Below, piece after piece: positions 5,865 to 13,902 of a stretch of DNA of 19,403 nucleotides. A program made the position numbers and the translations under genes. How positions within the stretch are numbered: the first letter of the stretch is position 1; each line of letters starts with the position of its first letter. Under the pieces are notes generated by a model. It was given only the letters and a program-made list of their open reading frames with translations, was not told where the DNA came from and ran no database searches. Source of the stretch: a virus (taxonomy: Duplodnaviria; Heunggongvirae; Uroviricota; Caudoviricetes); IMG/VR virus record IMGVR_UViG_2778261570_000017, positions 1 to 19,403 of that record; one strand, given 5' to 3'.

Positions 5865-6977
5865 ATGGAAGGCCCCGCTGCGGCATATCAGACGCTGTCC
5901 CAGCTGGTCTATAAGTTGCTGACCGCCGAACAGGAATACGAGTCGACCGGAAGCGAAGAAACGCTCAAGACAGTCATCAACACCGACTGGGGATTACCTT
6001 ATCTTCCCCGGGCCAGCATGGAGCAACGAAAAAGCGAACTGCTTGAGCAGCGGGCAGAGCCTGTTCCTCCCCGAAGTGTGCCGGATGGCGTTAATTTCCT
6101 TGCGGCGACAGTGGATGTGCAGGCGGGACGTCATCGCCGTTTTGTGGTTCAGGTAACGGGCTATGGCAGTCGTGGCGAACGCTGGATAGTTGATCGTTAC
6201 AACATCACGCAGTCGCTGCGTTGTGACAATAACGGAGAAAGCCTGCGTATTGACCCTGCCGGTTATCCGGAGGACTGGGATGTTCTGCTGACGGATGTTT
6301 TTCATAAAGGCTGGCCGCTGGCTTCTGATCCTTCTCAACAAATGCGACTGATGGCAATGGCGGTGGACTCCGGCGGTGAAGACGGGGTCACTGATAATGC
6401 CTATAAATTCTGGCGTCGTTGCCGTCGTGATGGCCTTGGTAAACGTATTTACCTGTTTAAGGGCGACAGTATCCGTCGCGCAAAACTGATAACCCGTACA
6501 TTTCCGGATAACACCGGACGAACGGGGCGACGGGCGCAGGCTTCGGGTGATGTTCCACTCTGGCTCCTTCAGACGGATGCCCTGAAAGACCGGGTGAATA
6601 ACGCGTTATGGCGTGACTCGCCAGGTCCCGGCTATGTGCATTTTCCTGACTGGCTGGGGAGCTGGTTTTACGACGAACTGACGTATGAAGAGCGGAGCAG
6701 TGACGGAAAGTGGAGTAAGCCGGGTCGCGGTGCCAACGAAGCCTTTGACCTGATGGTGTATGCCGAGGCGCTGGTTATTCTGCATGGGTACGAGAAAATT
6801 CAGTGGCCGGATGCGCCGGAATGGGCATGCAGGGAAACCTGGCTGGAATACGTCAGTGACAACGCTGAGCAGGCTGTTCTGCCGGAACCAGTCTCTCTGC
6901 CTGCCAGAAAAAAGAAACGAAAAAAAGTGACGCCCGATGAGGATAACCCCTGGGTGACTTCCGGAGGATGGTTATGA
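5865..6977 (+). CDS. Terminase large subunit (lambda gpA-like), C-terminal nuclease domain only; N-terminally truncated, possibly a pseudogene
   Basis: 370 aa, colinear with roughly the C-terminal half of lambda gpA as recalled (ATVDVQAGRHRRFVVQVTGYGSRGERWIVDR vs AGIDSQLDRYEMRVWGWGPGEESWLIDR; ANEAFDLMVYAEAL vs RNEALDCFVYALAA). No Walker A segment, and only 246 bp lie between TerS and this ORF. No clear RBS. Confidence 0.75.
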   Translation: MEGPAAAYQTLSQLVYKLLTAEQEYESTGSEETLKTVINTDWGLPYLPRASMEQRKSELLEQRAEPVPPRSVPDGVNFLAATVDVQAGRHRRFVVQVTGYGSRGERWIVDRYNITQSLRCDNNGESLRIDPAGYPEDWDVLLTDVFHKGWPLASDPSQQMRLMAMAVDSGGEDGVTDNAYKFWRRCRRDGLGKRIYLFKGDSIRRAKLITRTFPDNTGRTGRRAQASGDVPLWLLQTDALKDRVNNALWRDSPGPGYVHFPDWLGSWFYDELTYEERSSDGKWSKPGRGANEAFDLMVYAEALVILHGYEKIQWPDAPEWACRETWLEYVSDNAEQAVLPEPVSLPARKKKRKKVTPDEDNPWVTSGGWL

Positions 6978-7186
6978 ATCAGAATGATATTGAAGCCATG
7001 ATCCAGCGTTATATCGATGCGGAAATGGCAGTGCTGGACGGAAAATCCGTCACCTTTAATGGTCAGCAAATGACCATGGAAAATCTGTCCGAGATCCGCC
7101 GGGGACGTCAGGAGTGGGAGCGGCGTCTTGCTGCCCTGACTGCGCGGCGACGGGGGAACCCGGGATATAAACTGGTGAGGTTCTGA
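6974..7186 (+). CDS. Head-tail joining protein (lambda gpW-like)
   Basis: About 70 aa. ATG 6974 overlaps the TerL stop (ATGA); stop overlaps the portal ATG at 7186 (TGATG). C-terminus ...RRRGNPGYKLVRF resembles lambda W ...RRRGPAGFYV. Confidence 0.6.
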   Translation: MNQNDIEAMIQRYIDAEMAVLDGKSVTFNGQQMTMENLSEIRRGRQEWERRLAALTARRRGNPGYKLVRF

Positions 7187-8691
7187 TGGCAATTCTGGAT
7201 GATGTGATTGGTGTTTTTTCTCCAGGCTGGAAAGCGGCGAGGTTGCGCTCAAGAGCGTTAATCCGCGCTTATGAGGCTGTGAAACCCACACGCACACACA
7301 AAGCCCGACGGGAAAACCGTTCTGCCGACCAGCTCAGTAAGTACGGGGCGGTTTCCCTGCGGGAGCAGGCCCGTTTTCTGGATATCAATCATGACCTCGT
7401 AATCGGCGTTTTCGACAAGCTTGAGGAGCGGGTGATTGGTGCAAAGGGGATCATTGTTGAACCCCAGCCATTACTGAAAAACGGTGGTGTGGCTACAGAG
7501 CTGGCAATGATTATCCGTCGTTTGTGGGCGGAATGGTCTGTCAGTCCGGATGTGACCGGGCAGCATACGCGCCCCATGCTCGAACGTCTGCTGTTGCGTA
7601 CCTGGTTACGTGATGGAGAAGTGTTTGCCCAGATGGTCAGAGGCGCAGGTGCCGGGCTGGCACGGACTGCCGGTGTGCCTTTCTGGCTTGAGGCAATGGA
7701 GCCTGATTTTGTGCCCATGCTCAGTGATGAGTCTGCGGGAATGAATCAGGGAGTTTTTCTGGATAAATGGGGCAGGCCGAAAAAATACCTGGTTTATAAA
7801 AATTATCCGGTTCCCGGGCGACAGAGCGAAACCAAAGAGATCGCCGCTGAAAATATGGTGCATCTGAAGTTTACCCGCCGGCTGCACCAGACGCGTGGTA
7901 CATCCATGTTGTCGGGTGTGCTGATACGGATCAGTGCACTTAAGGAGTACGAGGATTCTGAGTTGGTTGCAGCGCGTGTTGCTGCGGCTCTGGGGTTATA
8001 TATTCGTAAAGGAGATGGACAGGATTATGAGGAACCTGTGACAAATAAAGATAATGATCGGGAACTGCATATCACTCCCGGCATTATTTATGACGATCTG
8101 CGTAAGGGGGAAGATATTGGCATGGTCAAATCTGATCGGCCTAACCCTAATCTGGAAACTTTTCGTAATGGTCAGTTGCGGGCTATGGCGGCGGGCACTC
8201 GTCTGAGCTTTTCCAGTGCAGCACGTAACTATAACGGTACCTACAGTTCCCAGCGACAGGAGCTGGTTGAGTCCACCGATGGCTATCTGATCCTGCAGGA
8301 CTGTTTTATTGGTGCTGTAACCCGTCCGGTGTACCGGGCATGGCTGAATATGGTGATTGCCGCGGGGTTGCTGAAAATTCCGTCGGATGTGGATATGAAA
8401 ACGTTATATAACGCAACATATTCTGGCCCTGTGATGCCGTGGATCGACCCAGTCAAGGAGGCTGAAGCCTGGAAAATTCAGATCCGGGGTGGTGCGGCGA
8501 CAGAATCAGACTGGGTGCGCGCCAGTGGTCGTAATCCGGATGACGTCAAACGTCGGCGCAAAGCTGAGATTGATGAAAACCGCAGGCTGGAACTGGTATT
8601 TGATACCGATCCGGCAAGTGATAAAGGAGGTGGTAATGCTGAAACAGAACGCGTGGTTCCGCGGCGAACCGAAGGCCAGCCTGAAGAATAA
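7186..8691 (+). CDS. Portal protein
   Basis: 501 aa, in the canonical position between W and the protease-capsid gene and translationally coupled to W. Confidence 0.7.
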   Translation: MAILDDVIGVFSPGWKAARLRSRALIRAYEAVKPTRTHKARRENRSADQLSKYGAVSLREQARFLDINHDLVIGVFDKLEERVIGAKGIIVEPQPLLKNGGVATELAMIIRRLWAEWSVSPDVTGQHTRPMLERLLLRTWLRDGEVFAQMVRGAGAGLARTAGVPFWLEAMEPDFVPMLSDESAGMNQGVFLDKWGRPKKYLVYKNYPVPGRQSETKEIAAENMVHLKFTRRLHQTRGTSMLSGVLIRISALKEYEDSELVAARVAAALGLYIRKGDGQDYEEPVTNKDNDRELHITPGIIYDDLRKGEDIGMVKSDRPNPNLETFRNGQLRAMAAGTRLSFSSAARNYNGTYSSQRQELVESTDGYLILQDCFIGAVTRPVYRAWLNMVIAAGLLKIPSDVDMKTLYNATYSGPVMPWIDPVKEAEAWKIQIRGGAATESDWVRASGRNPDDVKRRRKAEIDENRRLELVFDTDPASDKGGGNAETERVVPRRTEGQPEE

Positions 8692-10696
8692 TTCCTGGTT
8701 CAGAATGAAGGCGGGTCATAAAAGTGATGCGGATATTTATATCTATGACGAGATTGGTTTTTGGGGTGTTACGGCGAAACAGTTTGTCAGTGATCTGAAT
8801 GCGCTGGGCAATATTACCCACATTAATCTCCATATCAATTCACCGGGTGGCGATGTCTTTGAAGGCATCGCCATTTTTAATGCGCTGAAAAATCACGGAG
8901 CGTCCATCACTGTTTATGTGGATGGCGTTGCCGCATCCATGGCATCGGTCATTGCAATGGTGGGGGATCCCGTCATCATGCCGGAAAATGCATTCATGAT
9001 GATACATAAACCATGGGGAGTGAGTGGTGGCGATGCGGATGATATGCGCGATTATGCTGACCTGCTTGATAAAGTTGAGGCGGTCCTGTTGCCTGCTTAT
9101 GCGCAAAAAACCGGAAAAACGACAGATGAAATTGCTGCCATGCTGAAAGATGAAACCTGGATGTCCGGAGCTGAATGTCTGGCACACGGATTTGCTGACC
9201 AGGTGACACCGAAAGTTAAGGCAATGGCATGCATTCAGTCAAAACGAACAGAGGAATTTAAAAAAATGCCAGAATCCATCCGAAATATGATTATTCCGCC
9301 ACGCAACAGTGCAACGCGTGAACCTGAAAACAAAAATACTGCATCTCAGACACAGGAGCAGACTACGGCTCAGGTTGTCACAACCGCGACCATTGCGAAT
9401 GCGTCTTCCGCAGATGAAAGCAGTATCCGTGCACAGGTGCTGGCTGAGCAAAAAGCACGCGTGAGTGGTATTAATGACCTGTTTGGTATGTTTGGCGGGC
9501 GTTATCAGACATTGCAGGCCAGTTGCCTTTCCGATCCGGAGTGCTCGCTTGAGCAGGCCCGTGAGAAATTACTTAACGAAATGGGTAAGGAATTTTCACC
9601 ATCAAATAAAAACACCCCGTCCCATATTTATGCCGGCAACGGTAATTTTGTGGGAGACGGGATCCGACAGGCGCTGATGGCGCGCGCCGGATTTGCTGAG
9701 CGTGAGCAGGATAACGTCTATAACGGGATGACCCTGCGTGAATATGCCCGAATGTCACTGACAGAGCGTGGTATTGGGGTTTCCGGGTATAACCCGATGC
9801 AGATGGTGGGGGCAGCGTTCACCCACAGCACGTCTGACTTCGGTAATATTCTGTTAGATGTTGCGAACAAAGCCATTCTGCAGGGCTGGGAAGAAGCGCC
9901 TGAAACCTACGAACAGTGGACCCGAAAAGGTCAGCTGTCTGATTTTAAAATCGCTCATCGTGTGGGTATGGGGGGCTTCAGTTCTCTGCGTCAGGTGCGT
10001 GAGGGGGCGGAATATAAGTACGTCACCACCGGAGATAAACAGGCCACGATTGCACTGGCGACCTATGGCGAACTGTTCAGCATCACCCGCCAGGCCATTA
10101 TCAACGATGATCTGAATATGCTGACCGATGTTCCGATGAAACTGGGGCGTGCGGCGAAATCCACGATTGCCGATCTGGTTTATGCCATTCTGACATCTAA
10201 CCCGAAAATCTCCACGGATAATGTGAGCCTGTTCGATAAAGCGAAACATGCAAACGTACTGGAGAGCGCAGCAATGGACGTGGCATCGCTGGATAAAGCC
10301 CGCCAGTTGATGCGCGTTCAGAAAGAAGGTGAGCGTCATCTGAATATTCGCCCTGCGTTCGTACTGGTACCGACGGCGATGGAGTCTGTTGCTAACCAGG
10401 TTATTCGCTCCTCAAGTGTCAAGGGGGCTGACATTAACGCCGGTATTATTAACCCGGTGAAAGATTTTGCGACCGTTATTGCAGAGCCGCGCCTTGATGA
10501 TAACAGCCAGACCACCTTTTATCTGGCTGCGGCGAAAGGTACGGATACCATCGAAGTGGCTTATCTCAATGGGGTGGATACGCCATATATTGATCAGATG
10601 GAGGGCTTCAGCGTGGACGGCGTGACAACGAAAGTGCGTATTGACGCCGGTGTTGCACCAGTTGATCACCGCGGTCTGGTGAAATGTACGGCGTAA
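8636..10696 (+). CDS. Prohead protease (ClpP/S14-like) fused to HK97-fold major capsid protein, copy 2 (canonical head position)
   Basis: Strong RBS AAGGAGGTGG at 8624-8633 before the ATG at 8636; the ORF-track start at 8489 lies inside the portal gene. Same architecture as copy 1, plus a T/Q/A-rich low-complexity insertion of about 45 aa. Confidence 0.85.
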   Translation: MLKQNAWFRGEPKASLKNNSWFRMKAGHKSDADIYIYDEIGFWGVTAKQFVSDLNALGNITHINLHINSPGGDVFEGIAIFNALKNHGASITVYVDGVAASMASVIAMVGDPVIMPENAFMMIHKPWGVSGGDADDMRDYADLLDKVEAVLLPAYAQKTGKTTDEIAAMLKDETWMSGAECLAHGFADQVTPKVKAMACIQSKRTEEFKKMPESIRNMIIPPRNSATREPENKNTASQTQEQTTAQVVTTATIANASSADESSIRAQVLAEQKARVSGINDLFGMFGGRYQTLQASCLSDPECSLEQAREKLLNEMGKEFSPSNKNTPSHIYAGNGNFVGDGIRQALMARAGFAEREQDNVYNGMTLREYARMSLTERGIGVSGYNPMQMVGAAFTHSTSDFGNILLDVANKAILQGWEEAPETYEQWTRKGQLSDFKIAHRVGMGGFSSLRQVREGAEYKYVTTGDKQATIALATYGELFSITRQAIINDDLNMLTDVPMKLGRAAKSTIADLVYAILTSNPKISTDNVSLFDKAKHANVLESAAMDVASLDKARQLMRVQKEGERHLNIRPAFVLVPTAMESVANQVIRSSSVKGADINAGIINPVKDFATVIAEPRLDDNSQTTFYLAAAKGTDTIEVAYLNGVDTPYIDQMEGFSVDGVTTKVRIDAGVAPVDHRGLVKCTA

Positions 10697-10719
10697 ACGT
10701 CGCAGACAACAACGCTGAT

Positions 10720-10772
10720 GGCCCGTAAGGGCTTTTTTTGTACCTGAAATCAGCCCCGTTCAGGGGGCTTTG
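10720..10772 (+). terminator. Two consecutive hairpins after capsid copy 2 (attenuator/terminator-like)
   Basis: GCCC-GTAA-GGGC followed by TTTTTTT (10720-10739), then AGCCCC / GGGGCT hairpin (10752-10769). Confidence 0.45.
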
Positions 10773-10783
10773 CGGAGGCAGTT

Positions 10784-11107
10784 ATGGCAAAGAATTTTGT
10801 GGAAGACGGGAAAACGGTGGAGATTGTCGCTGGCGCAAATATCAGTAGCGGAGAGCTGGTACAGGTGGGCGATATTTTTGCTGTGGCACTGACCGATATT
10901 GCAAAAGGCGAAATTGGGGACGGCATGACTGAAGGTGTATTTATGCTGCCGAAACTGAAAACGGATGATATGAAAACCGGTAAGAAGGTTTATCTGAAGT
11001 CCGGAAAAGTTCAGCTGACTAACAGCGGCTCTGATCCGCTGGTCGGGGTTGTCTGGGCAGATGCCGGAACCAGTGCAGAAGAAGTGCCGGTAAAACTCAA
11101 TGTCTGA
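10784..11107 (+). CDS. Small head protein, DUF2190-like (possible decoration or head-completion protein)
   Basis: 107 aa, GGAGG at 10774-10778, located directly after the major capsid gene. Family assignment is from recollection. Confidence 0.45.
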   Translation: MAKNFVEDGKTVEIVAGANISSGELVQVGDIFAVALTDIAKGEIGDGMTEGVFMLPKLKTDDMKTGKKVYLKSGKVQLTNSGSDPLVGVVWADAGTSAEEVPVKLNV

Positions 11108-11375
11108 TCCCTTTTCCCGGCTGGCAGCGCGTATGGATGCTATCACGGTCAGAAAGATGGGAAAGACAGCCTCGATTAATGATGTCGATATGACCGTGAT
11201 CCCGGGAGAAACACTGGCAGAGCTGAATGCTCTGTCCGGACCTGCGGTCTCTCTGGTTGTGTTTTCTTCGGGATACCGCCCACGGCGCGGGGATCGCGTT
11301 GTTTATGACGGACAACAATGGACGGTCACACGGCATGAACGCTTTAACGGTAAGCCAATGATCTTTATTGAGTAA
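11100..11375 (+). CDS. Head-tail connector / head completion protein (lambda gpFII-like)
   Basis: 91 aa. ATG overlaps the preceding stop. C-terminal RRGDRVVYDGQQWTVTRHE resembles lambda FII RRGDTLTIGEENFWVDRVS. Confidence 0.5.
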   Translation: MSDPFSRLAARMDAITVRKMGKTASINDVDMTVIPGETLAELNALSGPAVSLVVFSSGYRPRRGDRVVYDGQQWTVTRHERFNGKPMIFIE

Positions 11376-11386
11376 AGAGGTGTGGG

Positions 11387-11965
11387 ATGAAGGGGCTTGA
11401 GAATGCCATCCGCAATCTGAACAGCCTTGATACCCGTATGGTGCCACAGGCCAGCGCATGGGCGATAAACCGTGTGGCACAGAAAGCGGTCTCGGTTGCC
11501 ACCCGGCAGGTTGCCGGGAATACCGTTGCGGGAGATAACCAGGTGAAAGGGATCCCCCTGAAACTGGTACGTCAGCGTGTCCGGGTGTTTAAAGCCAGTC
11601 CGTCAGGAAAAATGACGGCCAGGATCCGCGTTAACCGGGGCAATCTGCCCGCCATTAAGCTGGGAACAGCCCGGGTCAGACTGGCCCGGCGTGGTGGAAA
11701 ACTGCAGTACCGTGGCAGTGTGCTGAAGGTGGGTAAATATCTTTTCCGGGATGCGTTTATTCAGCAACTGGCGAATGGTCGCTGGCATGTGATGCGGCGT
11801 ATTGATGGCAAAAATCGTTACCCCATTGATGTGGTGAAAATCCCGCTGTCCGGACCGCTGACACAGGCATTTGAAGATGCCCGCGACCGCATCATTGCTG
11901 CGGAAATGCCGAAACAGCTGGGGTATGCACTGAAACAACAACTGAGGTTATGGCTGACCCGATGA
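11387..11965 (+). CDS. Tail completion protein (lambda gpZ-like)
   Basis: 192 aa, the same length as lambda Z; position between FII-like and U; RBS AGAGGTG upstream. Confidence 0.6.
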   Translation: MKGLENAIRNLNSLDTRMVPQASAWAINRVAQKAVSVATRQVAGNTVAGDNQVKGIPLKLVRQRVRVFKASPSGKMTARIRVNRGNLPAIKLGTARVRLARRGGKLQYRGSVLKVGKYLFRDAFIQQLANGRWHVMRRIDGKNRYPIDVVKIPLSGPLTQAFEDARDRIIAAEMPKQLGYALKQQLRLWLTR

Positions 11966-12363
11966 ACCGACATACACAAATCCGCCAGGCCGTACTGGCA
12001 CGCCTTCGGGAACAGTGTGGAGACAGCGCCACGTTTTTTGACGGGCTTCCGGCATTTATTGATGCGCAGGAACTGCCTGCCGTGGCGGTGTGGCTGAGTG
12101 ATGCTCAGTACACCGGAAAAATGACGGATGAAGATGACTGGCAGGCTGTTCTGCATATTGCCGTCTTCATCCGGGCACAGGCACCGGATTCAGAGCTGGA
12201 TATGTGGATGGAGAGCACCATTTTTCCTGCCCTGAATGATATACCGGCACTTTCCGGACTCATCGACACCCTGATCCCACTCGGTTTTAACTATCAACGT
12301 GATAATGAGATGGCCACCTGGGCGATGGCGGAAATCACGTACCAGATCACGTACACGAATTAA
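11962..12363 (+). CDS. Tail terminator protein (lambda gpU-like)
   Basis: Strong similarity to recalled lambda U (TFFDGLPAFIDAQELPAVAVWLSDAQYTGKMTDEDDWQAVLHIAVF vs TFFDGRPAVFDEADFPAVAVYLTGAEYTGEELDSDTWQAELHIEVF). ATG 11962 overlaps the Z stop (ATGA); the alternative ATG at 11950 is less likely. Confidence 0.85.
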   Translation: MNRHTQIRQAVLARLREQCGDSATFFDGLPAFIDAQELPAVAVWLSDAQYTGKMTDEDDWQAVLHIAVFIRAQAPDSELDMWMESTIFPALNDIPALSGLIDTLIPLGFNYQRDNEMATWAMAEITYQITYTN

Positions 12364-12373
12364 GGAGGTGGCA

Positions 12374-13117
12374 ATGACCACACCAAATCCACTGGCAAAG
12401 ACGAAAGGTGCGGGGACGACGTTCTGGATGTATACCGGCAACGGCGATGCGTTTGCGAACCCTTTGTCGGACACTGACTGGCTGCGTCTTGCGATGGTGA
12501 AGGATCTGCAGCCTGGCGAAATGACCGCTGATGCAGAAGATGACACTTATCTCGATGATGAAGATGCAGACTGGAAAACGACAACCCAGGGGCAGAAATC
12601 CGTCGGTGATACTTCGGCGACGCTGGCCTGGCGTCCGGGTGACAGCGGGCAGAAAAAACTGGTTCAGTTGTTCGACTCCGGTGAAGTCTGCGCGTTTCGT
12701 ATCAAATATCCCAACGGCACTGTTGATGTTTTCCGCGGCTGGCTGAGCTCACTGGGTAAAACCATTGCCTCAAAAGACGTGATGACCCGCACTGTGAAAA
12801 TCAGCGGTGTGGGGCGTCCGTATCTGGCAGAGGAAGGCACTGAAACCGTGAGCGTTACCGGGCTGACGGTGGCACCGGCATCTGCCAGTGTAAAAGTGGG
12901 AGCAACCACCACGCTGACCTTTACAGTAAAACCTGACGGAGCCAGTGACAAAGCGATCAGTGTGCATTCGACAGATCCACAGACTGCCACGGTGACCCTG
13001 AACGGGCTTGTGGCCACGGTGAAAGGCGTGAAGCAGGGCAGTGTCAGCATTGTGGGCATGACTTCTGACGGCGATTTTGTGGCCGTGGCTGCGGTGGCTG
13101 TCAGCGCCGCAGGTTAA
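12374..13117 (+). CDS. Major tail protein (lambda gpV-like) with C-terminal Ig-like domain
   Basis: RBS AAGGAGGTG before the ATG at 12374. N-terminus MTTPNPLAKTKGAGTTFWMYTGNGDAFANPLSD matches lambda V [33 protein letters not shown]. The ORF-track start at 12299 lies inside U. Confidence 0.9.
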   Translation: MTTPNPLAKTKGAGTTFWMYTGNGDAFANPLSDTDWLRLAMVKDLQPGEMTADAEDDTYLDDEDADWKTTTQGQKSVGDTSATLAWRPGDSGQKKLVQLFDSGEVCAFRIKYPNGTVDVFRGWLSSLGKTIASKDVMTRTVKISGVGRPYLAEEGTETVSVTGLTVAPASASVKVGATTTLTFTVKPDGASDKAISVHSTDPQTATVTLNGLVATVKGVKQGSVSIVGMTSDGDFVAVAAVAVSAAG

Positions 13118-13137
13118 CAGGACGATACTCATCATTT

Positions 13138-13161
13138 GCCCCGGTTATCCGGGGCTTTTTT
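13138..13161 (+). terminator. Strong hairpin plus T-run between V and G (terminator/attenuator)
   Basis: GCCCCGG (13138-13144), loop TTAT, CCGGGGC (13149-13155), then TTTTTT (13156-13161). Confidence 0.65.
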
Positions 13162-13177
13162 GCAAGTGGAGAACATG

Positions 13178-13564
13178 ATGTTTCTGAAACAGGGCACGTT
13201 TAATTATGAAAAGCAGTCCGTGGTGCTCAGTGAGCTGTCCGGGCTGCAGAGAATTGAATATCTGGCGTTTGTTCAGCAGCGAACGGCAAAGTTTGATGCC
13301 GGGGAGGGAGAACTGCCGGAGGCTGAACGACAGATTGCTTTTCTGCGGATGGGGATGGATATCAATGCCTGGCTGGTTTCCCGCTCACTGTGGAATGCGG
13401 ATCAGTCTAAGGATGTAGAGACGCTTTGCGCATCCGTTATTACAACATGGTCGTATGATGCCCTGGGTGCGGGGGCGGAGATGGTTCTGTCGCTGAGCGG
13501 TATGGGGGCCATTGATAATGCCGGGGATGATGAGCATGAGGTGCTGACGCCGGAAAAGTCCTGA
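13178..13564 (+). CDS. Tail assembly chaperone (lambda gpG-like)
   Basis: MFLKQGTFNYEKQSVVLSELSGLQRIEYLAF resembles lambda G MFLKTESFEHNGVTVTLSELSALQRIEHLAL. GGAG 6 nt before the ATG at 13178. The ORF-track start at 13136 runs through the terminator hairpin. Confidence 0.85.
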   Translation: MFLKQGTFNYEKQSVVLSELSGLQRIEYLAFVQQRTAKFDAGEGELPEAERQIAFLRMGMDINAWLVSRSLWNADQSKDVETLCASVITTWSYDALGAGAEMVLSLSGMGAIDNAGDDEHEVLTPEKS

Positions 13565-13902
13565 CGCGGGAAATGCAGTTTGTCATGCGGCTTGCCCGGG
13601 AGTTCCGGCGGGCAGACTGGCGGCGGATGCTGTCGGAAATGTCAGCCACTGAGCTTGGTGAGTGGGGCGATTATTTCCGGATGCAGAGCTTCAGTGATGT
13701 GTGGATGGATGCGCAGTTTGCCTCGCTGAAGGCATTGATCGTGAGAATGGTGTCCGGCAGCAGTGATGCTGCGGTGGCTGATTTCAGCCTTTTACCGGAA
13801 GAGAACGGGATACCGGAGCGAACGGACGAAGAACTGATGCATCTTGGGGAAGGTATTTCCGGAGGTGTGCGTTATGGACCAGATAGCCAACCTGGTCATT
13901 GA
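13540..13902 (+). CDS. gpT-like segment, expressed as the G-T fusion by -1 frameshift (-1 frame relative to G)
   Basis: Open frame in the -1 frame relative to G overlapping the G 3' end, typical of the conserved G/G-T tail chaperone pair. Confidence 0.6.
   Translation, partial: GADAGKVLTREMQFVMRLAREFRRADWRRMLSEMSATELGEWGDYFRMQSFSDVWMDAQFASLKALIVRMVSGSSDAAVADFSLLPEENGIPERTDEELMHLGEGISGGVRYGPDSQPGH
13552..13558 (+). promoter_or_regulatory. Candidate -1 programmed frameshift site GGAAAAG producing the G-T fusion
   Basis: The -1 frame is open only from 13540 and G stops at 13562-13564, so the shift must occur in 13540-13561. The only slippery candidate there is G-GAA-AAG (lambda uses G-GGA-AAG). 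Confidence 0.5.

Noticed and set aside
8489-8635. ORF-track start at 8489 for capsid copy 2 (MVRRQNQ...)
   Set aside because: Lies within the portal coding region and has no RBS; a strong AAGGAGGTGG precedes the ATG at 8636.
13136-13177. ORF-track start at 13136 for gpG
   Set aside because: That start runs through the V-G terminator hairpin; lambda G begins MFLK, matching the ATG at 13178 with GGAG upstream.
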